DNA from: Cyanobacteriota bacterium
Lineage (GTDB): Bacteria; Cyanobacteriota; Cyanobacteriia; Thermostichales; Thermostichaceae
Length of the DNA: 64,000 nt
Direction of reading: 5' to 3'
NCBI GenBank assembly: GCA_033764955.1
Contig: JANRIL010000028.1
Location: forward strand, 15,165-79,164
A program made the translations under genes and the position numbers. Below the pieces are notes generated by a model. It was not told where the DNA came from. It saw only the letters and a list, made by a program, of their open reading frames with translations, and did no database searches. Below are positions 1 through 9,223 of this stretch, piece after piece. Position 1 is the stretch's first letter. Each line of letters starts with the position of its first letter.

Positions 1-417
1 AGACCTCGGACGCCTGACAAGCAGCAGTTGAGAGGGTGTAAATTCTCAATAGTCGGCAACTTAACGAACAAGTATTACAATCTGTTTTACGGTTGGGATC
101 TCCTCAATTTTTTTACAGGTTATGTCTAATAAATATCAATCTCTATAAACTCCGAATCAAGCGGAAATCTTTGTAGGGTTATGGCTTGCCGTTCCTACTT
201 TACGGAGACTTCGCTAAGTCTGCCCAGGCCATTAAATTGTTGTTCGCCATTGGTTAGGGGGTCCACAATTGGCGGAAATAGCCCACTTTTCGGTTCACAT
301 ATCCAACCAGTCTATCCCCACTCCCTAGGTTCTGGAAAAGCCCCCTCTAGCCAACAACCCCGATTCCGTGCATGATAGATAGCATCAAGGTTACAGTTCT
401 TAATACTTCTTCTCATA

Positions 418-1287
418 ATGATGCGTTTCTTTATATCCTTCTGTTCGGTGGGGCGGTCATGGCTGACAGCTATAGCCAACCGCCAGCCATCTCTGGCGGC
501 CAGTTTGGGAATAGTGGCTCTCTGGTTTCTGCTGGGGGGATCCCCTGCTTTGGCTCAAATCGGTTTGCCTGTGGTTGAGATGGAGTTGCCGCAGCCAGCG
601 GTGCCTGTTTTGGATTTAGCCAACGAGTTAAGTGAGAGTCAGGAACGGCTGATTGCTGAGCAGTTAACGGATTTAGAAGCGGAAACGGGCTGGAAGCTAC
701 GGGTTTTAACCCAGTTCGATCAAACTCCAGGTCGCCAAGTCAAAGATTACTGGGGTTTGGATCAAAAGAGTGTCTTGATGGTGGCCGATCCACGGGGAGG
801 CAATCTTTTGGCTTTTAATGTGGGAGACGCAGTGCGGCAAGTTCTACCCCGTACCTTCTGGATTGAATTGCAATCCCGGTTTGGTAACCAGTTTTTTGTG
901 CGAGAAAAAGGTAGCAGTCAGGCCATTCTGGATACCGTTAAAACGCTGGATTTTTGTTTTCGGCAGGGGGGATGTCGGGTGGTGCCGGGGCTGCCGGATG
1001 AGCAGTGGGTTCTCACCCTGGTGACCTCTATCACGGGGGGGATCATCTTTGGGTTTGCTGGCAAACCTCGCCATAGCGAAGAACTTTTTAACTGGCGCTG
1101 GGCACTGATATTTTCACCCCTCTGGTTCATTTTATTTGGAGCCTTTGGGGTGGCTCCGGTGATTAGCCGGACTGCCGATTGGTTGCCCCTCCTCCGCAAT
1201 ATTTTGGGATTTGCGGGATCCGGCTTGGTGATCTACCTAGTTCCTATGCCCAGCCTGTGGACGACGCCTAACTCCTCTGCCCCCTGA
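418..1287 (+). CDS. TPM-domain membrane protein
   Basis: Signal-like N-terminus, VLDLANELS...[16 protein letters not shown] pattern, C-terminal TM helices; start uncertain. Confidence 0.8.
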   Translation: MMRFFISFCSVGRSWLTAIANRQPSLAASLGIVALWFLLGGSPALAQIGLPVVEMELPQPAVPVLDLANELSESQERLIAEQLTDLEAETGWKLRVLTQFDQTPGRQVKDYWGLDQKSVLMVADPRGGNLLAFNVGDAVRQVLPRTFWIELQSRFGNQFFVREKGSSQAILDTVKTLDFCFRQGGCRVVPGLPDEQWVLTLVTSITGGIIFGFAGKPRHSEELFNWRWALIFSPLWFILFGAFGVAPVISRTADWLPLLRNILGFAGSGLVIYLVPMPSLWTTPNSSAP

Positions 1288-1361
1288 CTCCCCAGTGTGG
1301 GAGGCCAGCGTGGTATGGTGGGACTCGTCTTGCTTGGCAGACTTACCTTACCCTTGCACCC

Positions 1362-2045
1362 ATGATCACCATTGCCTTGGCAAAAGGATCGTTGCTCGCT
1401 GATAGTATTCGCCTATTTCAGAAGGTGGGCATCGACTTTAGTCGATTTTTAGATCCCCAAAATCGTCTGTTGCGGATCCCTTCCCCCACCAGTCCCGATG
1501 GGGAAGCCTATGAGGGTCTGTTGGTGCGTACCCATGATGTGCCGGTCTATGTGGGGTATGGACAGGCGCAGCTAGGGGTGGTCGGTTATGACGTATTGCG
1601 GGAAAAATTTGCCGATAGTCAGCAGGCGACGGTTGCCCAATTGTTGGATTTGCAATTTGGTTTCTGTCGAATGTCGGTGGCTGTCCAGCAAACCAGCCCC
1701 TATCGGAGCGCCCTTGATCTGCCAGCTCATGCGCGGGTTGCCTCTAAGTTTGTGGGTTGTGCCCGCGAGTTTTTTGATCAACTGGATCTGCCCGTGCAGG
1801 TGATCGCTCTCTACGGCTCCGTGGAGCTAGCCCCCCTCACTGGCATGGCCGAAGCGATTGTCGATCTGGTGGCTAGCGGACGCACCCTTCAGGAAAATGG
1901 CCTAGTGGAGCGGGAATGCCTGTTTGAAAGCACCGCCCGCTTAATTGCCCACCCCGTCAGTTATCGCATTGACAAGGGAAATCTGCGGCAGTTGGTGGAG
2001 CAGCTCCGTGAACAGCTAGGGATCCCTCAACCTGTTCTCGCCTAA
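1362..2045 (+). CDS. hisG: ATP phosphoribosyltransferase, short form (HisZ-dependent)
   Basis: [42 protein letters not shown] motifs; 227 aa without regulatory domain. Confidence 0.95.
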   Translation: MITIALAKGSLLADSIRLFQKVGIDFSRFLDPQNRLLRIPSPTSPDGEAYEGLLVRTHDVPVYVGYGQAQLGVVGYDVLREKFADSQQATVAQLLDLQFGFCRMSVAVQQTSPYRSALDLPAHARVASKFVGCAREFFDQLDLPVQVIALYGSVELAPLTGMAEAIVDLVASGRTLQENGLVERECLFESTARLIAHPVSYRIDKGNLRQLVEQLREQLGIPQPVLA

Positions 2046-2279
2046 ACGGTCATTTTCAGGTTAAGAATTGTCAAGAAAACCCTTCCCCTACTCCGATCAA
2101 AACTCCTTGATAAAGGCGTTAGGAAGGGATCACAATTGCGTAAAATAGTAGCGGCTGATTCACCTTGCCAAGCTGAACTTACCCCCATTTAGAATACTCA
2201 TCACTTTCCAGATTTTGGCGTTGGATCCCTTTCCATGCACCATGCGAGTTGTTAACAAGCTACTTTTTTGAGGTTAGTC

Positions 2280-3089
2280 ATGCGGTATCGCCCATTCCTT
2301 GCTGTTTTTGTATCGGTGATTGTCACACTCTTTGCGGTTTGTGGCAGTGCCTCCGCTGCCAGCAAAACTCCTTTGACCTATGATCAAATCCGTAACACGG
2401 GCAAGGCAGCCATTTGCCCCACCGTCGGGGATGATGCTCGGGGCAAAATCGAAGTGCCCCTTGGCAAAACGGTCAAATTGACTGACATCTGCCTCCAGCC
2501 AGTCCGAATTGAGGTGGAAGAAGAAAAGCGTAACGGCGAGAAAGAATTTATTCAGGCCAAGTCTATTCTCCTGCCCGCCGCCTCTCTCGGACCAATCAAA
2601 GCAGAAGTGTCCGCCCAAGACAGCACGACTCTTTCCCTGAGGGTGACGGATGGGATGACCACTCAACCCACCACCGGGCAGATGCCGCGCCGCGAGTTGG
2701 TGCCCTTCCTGTTTAGTGTGAAGAACTTGCAGGCGGTGGCCAAAGGCTCGGATGCTTCCATCAATTCCTCGACTGACTTTGAGGGCAATTTCCTGGTGCC
2801 GGGTTACCATACCAGCCAATTTTTGGATCCCCGTGGACGCGGCTCAGGCACGGGCTATGAAGTGGCAGTTGGCTTGCAAGGAACTGAGTCGGATGCTTTT
2901 GAAACCAACCAGAAAGTGGATGAGATTTCGGAAGGACACCTCTCCCTACGGATTGCTCGTGTCGATGGCTCCACCGGAGAACTGGCGGGATCCTTTGTTA
3001 GCCTACAACCCTCTAGCACCGAGCAGGGCGCTCTAGAATCCAAATTAGTGCGTGTCCAGGGCCTGTTCTACGGGCGGGTTGATAGCTAG
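2280..3089 (+). CDS. psbO: Photosystem II manganese-stabilizing protein (divergent)
   Basis: Signal peptide, LTYDQIRNTG..CP, VPFLFSVKNL, FLDPRGRG, QGLFYG. Confidence 0.92.
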   Translation: MRYRPFLAVFVSVIVTLFAVCGSASAASKTPLTYDQIRNTGKAAICPTVGDDARGKIEVPLGKTVKLTDICLQPVRIEVEEEKRNGEKEFIQAKSILLPAASLGPIKAEVSAQDSTTLSLRVTDGMTTQPTTGQMPRRELVPFLFSVKNLQAVAKGSDASINSSTDFEGNFLVPGYHTSQFLDPRGRGSGTGYEVAVGLQGTESDAFETNQKVDEISEGHLSLRIARVDGSTGELAGSFVSLQPSSTEQGALESKLVRVQGLFYGRVDS

Positions 3090-3202
3090 CTAATGGTAGG
3101 GACTTGTTTGCGCCCTATTTGCCTGAGGGTTGGTCAGGAATGGTGAGTCTTCTCGGCCACGGTTGCGGTGAACTTCCTTAGCTAGTTCTCAATCCTGCTG
3201 CA

Positions 3203-3231
3203 TTGACGGACTAGGCATCTTGGCGTAGGCT
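3203..3231 (+). promoter_or_regulatory. sigma70-type promoter for the DAHP synthase leader
   Basis: TTGACG (3203-3208), 17-nt spacer, TAGGCT (3226-3231). Confidence 0.6.
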
Positions 3232-3321
3232 ACGAATATAAGCTCGATTGAGTCTTTTCCGATCAGCCCTCATCACTCGGTTTCCCTAAAACTTGATCCT
3301 AATCTGCTCGAATTTCCCCGT

Positions 3322-3408
3322 ATGACCTTCCATTCTTACTTTTTTGGCTACTTTACCAGCCCCTGGCATGAGTCAGGGCGAACGGGTACTGAGCAGATAA
3401 AAGTCTGA
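3322..3408 (+). CDS. Aromatic-amino-acid-rich attenuator leader peptide MTFHSYFFGYFTSPWHESGRTGTEQIKV (28 aa)
   Basis: Manual translation; 4 Phe, 2 Tyr and 1 Trp in the first 15 codons; lies directly upstream of a terminator and the DAHP synthase gene. Confidence 0.8.
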   Translation: MTFHSYFFGYFTSPWHESGRTGTEQIKV

Positions 3409-3432
3409 ATATGCTTTATCGAATCAAACCCT

Positions 3433-3464
3433 AGCCCTGAGCCAACCCTAGCTCAGGGCTTTTT
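3433..3464 (+). terminator. Intrinsic terminator (attenuator 3:4 hairpin)
   Basis: AGCCCTGAGC-caacccta-GCTCAGGGCT perfect 10-bp stem followed by TTTT, about 60 nt before the DAHP synthase start. Confidence 0.85.
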
Positions 3465-3523
3465 AATGGTTGTTCCGGTTCCCTTCTGCTTTTCCCTTCG
3501 CATTCTAAGGATCTCTGACTGTC

Positions 3524-4594
3524 ATGGTTGTCAATACTGAAAATTGCCATATTTTGGAGGCGGTTCCTTTGGTTTCTCCAAATGCTATTAAGGCCAAATT
3601 GCCCCTGACCGAGCCAGTGGTGCGGGTAGTGCTGCAAACCCGTGAGGCCATCCGCGATATTATCCATGGCCGGGATCCCCATCGGTTAGTGGTGATTGTG
3701 GGGCCTTGCTCCATTCATGACCCCAGCGCCGCCTATGACTATGCCCACCGCCTCAAGCAGGTGGCGGAGGCGACGGCAGAACAACTGGTCATTGTGATGC
3801 GTACCTACTTTGAGAAACCCCGCACCACAGTGGGTTGGAAGGGATTGATTAATGATCCTCACCTAGATGGCAGTTGTGATATCGCTCAAGGATTAGAAAT
3901 GGCTCGTTCCATTCTGCTCGACATCAATCACTTGGGACTGCCCTGTGCGGTGGAAATGCTGGATCCCGTAACTCCCCAATACATGGCGGATCTGGTCAGT
4001 TGGGCAGCAATTGGGGCACGCACCATTGAGAGCCAAACCCACCGAGAAATGGCCAGCGGTCTGTCCATGCCCGTGGGCTTCAAAAACGGGACGGACGGAC
4101 GGCTGCAAATTGCCTTGAATGCGATTATTTCCGCTAGCCACCCCCACAGCTTTTTGGGGATTAACCAAGATGGCATGACGGCTACGGTCAAAACATCGGG
4201 CAACCCCGACCGTCATATCGTTTTGCGAGGCGGTGGCGGTAAGACCAATTATGGAGTCGCAGATGTGGCGGATGCGGCAGCCCTCATGGCAGAACAGGGA
4301 ATTACCCGTCCGGTGATGGTGGACTGCTCCCACGACAATTCCAATAAAGACTATCGGCAGCAGGGATCCGTTTGCCGCGAGGTCTTGCGCCAGTTTGGGG
4401 ACGGGCAAAAAGCCATCATGGGATTGATGATTGAGAGTAACCTTAACCCCGGCAAACAATCCTGGTCAGAAGGTTGCCAACTGGATTATGGCGTTTCCAT
4501 CACTGATGGTTGTATTGGCTGGGCTGAAACGGAAACGCTCCTCATGGAGATGGCTCAGATGGTGAAAGGGAAAGATTTCGCTCTACTCCGATAG
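3524..4594 (+). CDS. aroF: DAHP synthase, class I-alpha (AroF/G/H type)
   Basis: GPCSIHD, YFEKPRTTVGWKGLINDP, IGART, GFKNGTDG, VDCSH, SITDGCIGW. Confidence 0.95.
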   Translation: MVVNTENCHILEAVPLVSPNAIKAKLPLTEPVVRVVLQTREAIRDIIHGRDPHRLVVIVGPCSIHDPSAAYDYAHRLKQVAEATAEQLVIVMRTYFEKPRTTVGWKGLINDPHLDGSCDIAQGLEMARSILLDINHLGLPCAVEMLDPVTPQYMADLVSWAAIGARTIESQTHREMASGLSMPVGFKNGTDGRLQIALNAIISASHPHSFLGINQDGMTATVKTSGNPDRHIVLRGGGGKTNYGVADVADAAALMAEQGITRPVMVDCSHDNSNKDYRQQGSVCREVLRQFGDGQKAIMGLMIESNLNPGKQSWSEGCQLDYGVSITDGCIGWAETETLLMEMAQMVKGKDFALLR

Positions 4595-4744
4595 GGCGGG
4601 ATCCCCTGGAATCTGTTGGAATCTGTTCTGAAATCATTCTGCCAAATCCGAAGTATTGTGCCGACCCCTGGAGGATATCCCAGGGGTTTTTGGCGGTGGG
4701 TTGGGGATCAAACCCCTGTGGGGCATGACCATCTTGGGCAAATT

Positions 4745-5431
4745 TCAACGCTGATGGGAATCCAGTTGCCCACTCAGCCAATCCACAATATCCCGTAGGC
4801 TCTCGTTAGAAACATGGTGACCCATGTCGTATTCGCGGTAGGTCAGGTCAACAGCAAAGGTTTGCAGTTGCTCCCGCATCTGCCGCCCCATGTCAATCGG
4901 CAAAACCGGATCCTGCCGTCCATGCACCACCAACACTGGCATCCCTGTCAGAGAAGGGGTGAGAAGGGGGGCTGGTTCTGGGGGGAGAGTCTCATGGGGA
5001 AACCGCCCACTCATCACCACGACACCCGCTAGACGGTGAGGAGTCGTGAATAAGACACTCAAACTCATCATCCCCCCTTGGCTAAATCCCATTAGATAGA
5101 GTTGTTGGGGATCCACCGGATAATGCACCACCACCTCTGCCAAGAATTGGTGCAGCTGCCCCAAGCTAGCCTGAGCTTGTTGTGGGTTGCCCACAATCCC
5201 TTGGGGGGTAAATTCAATCTCAAACCAGCCATAGGCATGGGATCCCAGGCTGATGGGGGCACGGGCACTGATCAGAAAAAAACGAGGATCCAGGTAGGGG
5301 GCAAGACCCAATAGATCCTCCTCATGGCTACCCACCCCATGCAGCAGCACCAGGCAAGGGGATCCCTGATCGGTGGGGGTGACCTGAGGGGGACGAATGC
5401 GGTGAACCAGAGAAAAGGGATGTTCAGCCAT
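4745..5431 (-). CDS. Phospholipase/carboxylesterase (alpha/beta hydrolase)
   Basis: LLHGVG, GFSQG nucleophile elbow, HGRQD, GH. Confidence 0.9.
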   Translation of the reverse strand: MAEHPFSLVHRIRPPQVTPTDQGSPCLVLLHGVGSHEEDLLGLAPYLDPRFFLISARAPISLGSHAYGWFEIEFTPQGIVGNPQQAQASLGQLHQFLAEVVVHYPVDPQQLYLMGFSQGGMMSLSVLFTTPHRLAGVVVMSGRFPHETLPPEPAPLLTPSLTGMPVLVVHGRQDPVLPIDMGRQMREQLQTFAVDLTYREYDMGHHVSNESLRDIVDWLSGQLDSHQR

Positions 5432-5475
5432 ACCTTGTCAACATGAAGGGAGCCAAAACGAAGGCAGCGAAAAAA

Positions 5476-7785
5476 TCAGCTTTCCTCCTCGTCATAAAAA
5501 CGACCTTCCCCAATTACTACCAAATCAATTTGCTGGCGATAATAGTCCACATTTTTGATCTGCACCTCCACCCGATCCCCTAAACGAAACTGCTTGCGGG
5601 CTTTGCGACCCACCAAAGCCTGTTGACGGCTGCGGTACTCGTACCAGTCATTTTTTAATGAGCTGACATGCACCAATCCTTCCGCCAAAATCGGATCCAC
5701 CTGTACAAAAAAGCCGTAGTTTTGAACTCCAATGATCAAGCCGGGAAAGGTTTCCCCCAGATGTTTTTGCATAAACTCAGATTTTTTTAGCCCAGTCAAT
5801 TCCTGTTCGGCCTGCTGCACCCGCTGCCACTGCGGATTGAGTAAATCCAGTTGTTGTTGCAGATAGGCACGCCATTCCGCTACCACCTCATCCTCCAAAA
5901 TCGGCCAGTCAATTTGGGTATAACATTGGCTGCTGTGCAGATTGACCACATCTTTTTTGGCGCGAGGAGTACGCCGATCCCTGCCCTTGTCAAACAGCAG
6001 GTGCAGGGAGCGTTGGTTGACGAGATCCCCGTAGGAGCGGAAGGGAGCTGTGATGCGACCCAAACCGCCCGCCAGCGATAAGCCAAAGTGCCCCATTTCA
6101 GCCGTGGGATCCTGCGGCTGCCATTGATAGCGAATGGGGGGTAGGGTGGCCAGGAGTTGGGCGGTCAAGGCAGGACTGGATCCGGTTGCCACCACCTCAG
6201 GGTGGCTAATACTGGCGGCTAACTGCTGAAAATCACCGAGAGTTACTTGCCCCGCATCCGTCAGCACCGAACCGGAAAGATTCAGGTTAGTTGCCAAGCG
6301 CAAGAAACTTTGCATCGCCTCAGGACTAGGGGCAGGCTGCACCTCGGCTAAGAAAGGGATCCCTAAACGATGAAGATGCTCCCCGACGGCACGGTTAGCC
6401 AGCAATAGGGGTTCTACCATCCAAGCATGGGCTGGCCGGCTAGGGCTAATCAGGGGCACACCTACCCGATGGTCATCAGCCGCATGGGGGGGGTAGATAT
6501 CCGAAAAGGGAAGGTCAAAGCCCTGGGCACGATGGCGTTGTTGTCGTAAGTGCTGGCTGAGTTGGCGCAAATTGCCCAGTAATGTCATCAATTCTCCGGC
6601 AGGCTCACTTGATTCCTCTGGAGGCACCAGCAACGCTTCCACCTGCTCGTAGGTAAGATGGGCGCGGGTTTTTACCACACTGGGATAGATCTCGAACCCC
6701 TGTAGGTTACCTTCTGGAGTCAAGTGCAGCAGCACCGAGAGGCTAAGCCGTTCCTGCTGGGGGAATAGACCATACTGCTGGTGTAATTCAGCCGGAAACA
6801 AGGGTAAAATGGCCGGATCCAAATAGACTACCTGACAGCGCCGTTGCGCTTCCTTTGCTAGCGGGTGATCCCCTGGGATCCAGTGAGCTAGATCGCTAAT
6901 GTGAACCCCCAGCAACCAGCCCTCCCCCTCCGACTGAAGGGAAATACCCGCGTTTGGGACAAACGCCTGGGGATGTTGCAAGTCCAGGGGTTCAATGGTG
7001 ACCACCAGCCAATCTCGATAATCTTGGCGGTTTTTGAGTTCCGTCTTGCTGATTTTTTGCGGTAGGTCAGCAACGGTTGCTAGTAAATCTGCCGAAAATT
7101 GTTGGGGTAGATCATACTTGCAGCAAACCAGATCAATATCAATGGATGTTTCAGGATTGCTCCCCAGCACCTTGCGTACCGAACCCAGGGGCAGCAGGTT
7201 AGCGAGTGGGTAACGGTTGATCTCGATATAGGCAAACTGTCCGTCTTGCAAGTTAGGGATGTCGGTTGTAGCCGGATCCTCAACCAACTCCAGCTCAAAC
7301 AACAGACGATCATCGAGGGGCTTAGCGCGAAATCCCTGCTCTCCTCGCTTAATTTCTCCCACAATCGTTGGATTTGCCCGTTCGATGACGGCGGCTACCT
7401 CTCCCTCTGGACTGCGCTTGCGATTGCCATCTTTGGTGATCCGCATCAAAACCTGATCCCCATTCCAAGCCCCGTGCAAATTCGAGGCGTGGATATAGAT
7501 ATCCTCTACCCCCGGTTCATCTCGAATGGCAAAACAAAACCCCTTACTGGAACAGCGTAGCCGCCCTACCACCAGACTGTCGTCACTTTTACGGCGGTAG
7601 GCATTATCTCCCACAGCCTCAATAAAGCCCACCTGAATCAGCCCATCCAGGGCAATTGCCAATTCGAGGTGCTGTTCGGTGTGGGTAATGCCAAGCTGCT
7701 CTTGCAGGGTAGCTAGGTCAATCGGGGAGTCAGCAGATGATGTGGCGAAAAAACGCTCAAATAATTGAGGAACAGAAAATTCCAT
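5476..7785 (-). CDS. RNase II/R family protein (cyanobacterial Zam-like), probably catalytically degenerate
   Basis: N-terminal cold-shock domains, RNB domain (TAPFRSYGDL), C-terminal S1; DxxDxDD motif not visible. Confidence 0.85.
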   Translation of the reverse strand: MEFSVPQLFERFFATSSADSPIDLATLQEQLGITHTEQHLELAIALDGLIQVGFIEAVGDNAYRRKSDDSLVVGRLRCSSKGFCFAIRDEPGVEDIYIHASNLHGAWNGDQVLMRITKDGNRKRSPEGEVAAVIERANPTIVGEIKRGEQGFRAKPLDDRLLFELELVEDPATTDIPNLQDGQFAYIEINRYPLANLLPLGSVRKVLGSNPETSIDIDLVCCKYDLPQQFSADLLATVADLPQKISKTELKNRQDYRDWLVVTIEPLDLQHPQAFVPNAGISLQSEGEGWLLGVHISDLAHWIPGDHPLAKEAQRRCQVVYLDPAILPLFPAELHQQYGLFPQQERLSLSVLLHLTPEGNLQGFEIYPSVVKTRAHLTYEQVEALLVPPEESSEPAGELMTLLGNLRQLSQHLRQQRHRAQGFDLPFSDIYPPHAADDHRVGVPLISPSRPAHAWMVEPLLLANRAVGEHLHRLGIPFLAEVQPAPSPEAMQSFLRLATNLNLSGSVLTDAGQVTLGDFQQLAASISHPEVVATGSSPALTAQLLATLPPIRYQWQPQDPTAEMGHFGLSLAGGLGRITAPFRSYGDLVNQRSLHLLFDKGRDRRTPRAKKDVVNLHSSQCYTQIDWPILEDEVVAEWRAYLQQQLDLLNPQWQRVQQAEQELTGLKKSEFMQKHLGETFPGLIIGVQNYGFFVQVDPILAEGLVHVSSLKNDWYEYRSRQQALVGRKARKQFRLGDRVEVQIKNVDYYRQQIDLVVIGEGRFYDEEES

Positions 7786-8052
7786 GGGCTTCTCAAACGG
7801 TAAATCTACTGTGAATTTGGGGAATCGAGGGGTAAATCTCGGATAGGCAATCGCAAACCAATCCTCTCAAGTCATCGATCTCAAGCCGTCATGCGGGTAT
7901 GGACAAGTTGAGAGGTCTGCTTGAAAGGGTCGCTCTCCCACCGGAGCAAAAGTCGTCAGGTGCGCCGGAGACATTACCTGTTAGGTTAGCAGTTAACCTG
8001 CTCCTTGCGTCATTAGAAAAAAGCACAAGCAACTGGAGTCGGGGGATCCGAA

Positions 8053-8712
8053 TCACTGCCGTTGACCGGTCACAATAAAAGCCACCCGTTGACCAATATT
8101 GGTGCTGTGATCTCCCAGGCGCTCTAGGTAGCGAATCATTAACAACATCAATAGGATAGGCTCGATAGGTCCGCGAATATCCGATTGTTGGGCCAGCGTT
8201 GCGTAAAGACTGCTGTAGTCTTCATCCACGGCGTCATCTTCCCGTTTAATCCGCAAGCCCATTTCCGCATCCAATTCGGTGAGCGCCGCCAGACTGTGAC
8301 TCAGCATAAGCTGACAGCGCTGCATCATCACCTGAATGCGCCTCAGCTCGAGGGGGGGAGGATAGATCACCATCCGCATGGCTACTTCCGCCAGATCTTT
8401 GGCATAGTCACCAATCCGCTCTAGGTCACGAATCAGTTGCATGAGGGTACTAATCAGCCGCAATTCTTGAGCCACAGGAGAGCGTAGGGCAATCACACGA
8501 ATGCAGTCTTGTTCAATTTGACGGTAGTAATAATCAATTTGTTTGTCTTGCTGGCGAATTTGATCGGCAGCAGCCAGGTTGTGTTCAAACAAGGATTGAT
8601 AGGCCAAAACCACGGAGAATTCCGTCAGTGCTCCCATCCGCAAGACATCTTGCTGAAGTCGTTTAATTTGAATATCAAGATCCATCTGCTTCATGGAGAA
8701 AACTCCCTTCAA
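8053..8712 (-). CDS. phoU: Phosphate signalling protein PhoU
   Basis: PVAQELR...DLERIGDYA and YLERLGDHSTNI PhoU repeats. Confidence 0.95.
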   Translation of the reverse strand: MKGVFSMKQMDLDIQIKRLQQDVLRMGALTEFSVVLAYQSLFEHNLAAADQIRQQDKQIDYYYRQIEQDCIRVIALRSPVAQELRLISTLMQLIRDLERIGDYAKDLAEVAMRMVIYPPPLELRRIQVMMQRCQLMLSHSLAALTELDAEMGLRIKREDDAVDEDYSSLYATLAQQSDIRGPIEPILLMLLMIRYLERLGDHSTNIGQRVAFIVTGQRQ

Positions 8713-8809
8713 CCCCTCTTACTTGGGTAGGTTATTCAATTTAGGAAATGAGAAAGGTTAGATGTAAACTCAAAAATCTTAAAAAAAGAGTAAGAAAATA
8801 GAGAGGTTC

Positions 8810-8828
8810 AGGTTAAGAAAAGGGGAAG
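8810..8828 (-). promoter_or_regulatory. Possible SphR (Pho) box upstream of phoU
   Basis: CTTAACCT on the minus strand (8810-8817) with a degenerate CTTCCCCT copy 11 bp away. Confidence 0.35.
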
Positions 8829-9223
8829 TTATCTTAAACTAAAGCTTTTCTCTGGATATTTTCTCTTTTACTAGAATAACTCTCCCGGACTCGCTCTGTA
8901 ACCTATGCCAACAATCTCTGGGTGAATTCGTACCGTTTTTGGCTCTCAGCCGCAATCTAGCCACCACCTGATCAACTTAGGCAGACTTCTGTGCTAGCAA
9001 AGTAGCCGGAACGATTCGAAAATTTAGCTCTCTGAGCGGTCAACTAGCCTTAGCTCAGCCTCTCTGGGCTGGAGATCCCGATCCATACCTATCAATATAT
9101 TGATCGGTATTTGAAGCGAAAGCTTTCTATCACCAAAGGAGTTATGCAGCTCCTCAAAAAACGGGGAACACAGCCTGATATGGCTATTTTAAACAAAACG
9201 TCCAACCAGAAAATCGGACCGAT

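Noticed and set aside
1..417. Short ORFs and a possible RpaB HLR1 repeat at the window start
   Set aside because: The ORFs lack recognisable features and the TTAC repeat spacing does not fit HLR1.
3240..3520. T-box or metabolite riboswitch explanation for the DAHP synthase leader
   Set aside because: No T-box consensus seen; the translated leader and alternative hairpins explain the region better.
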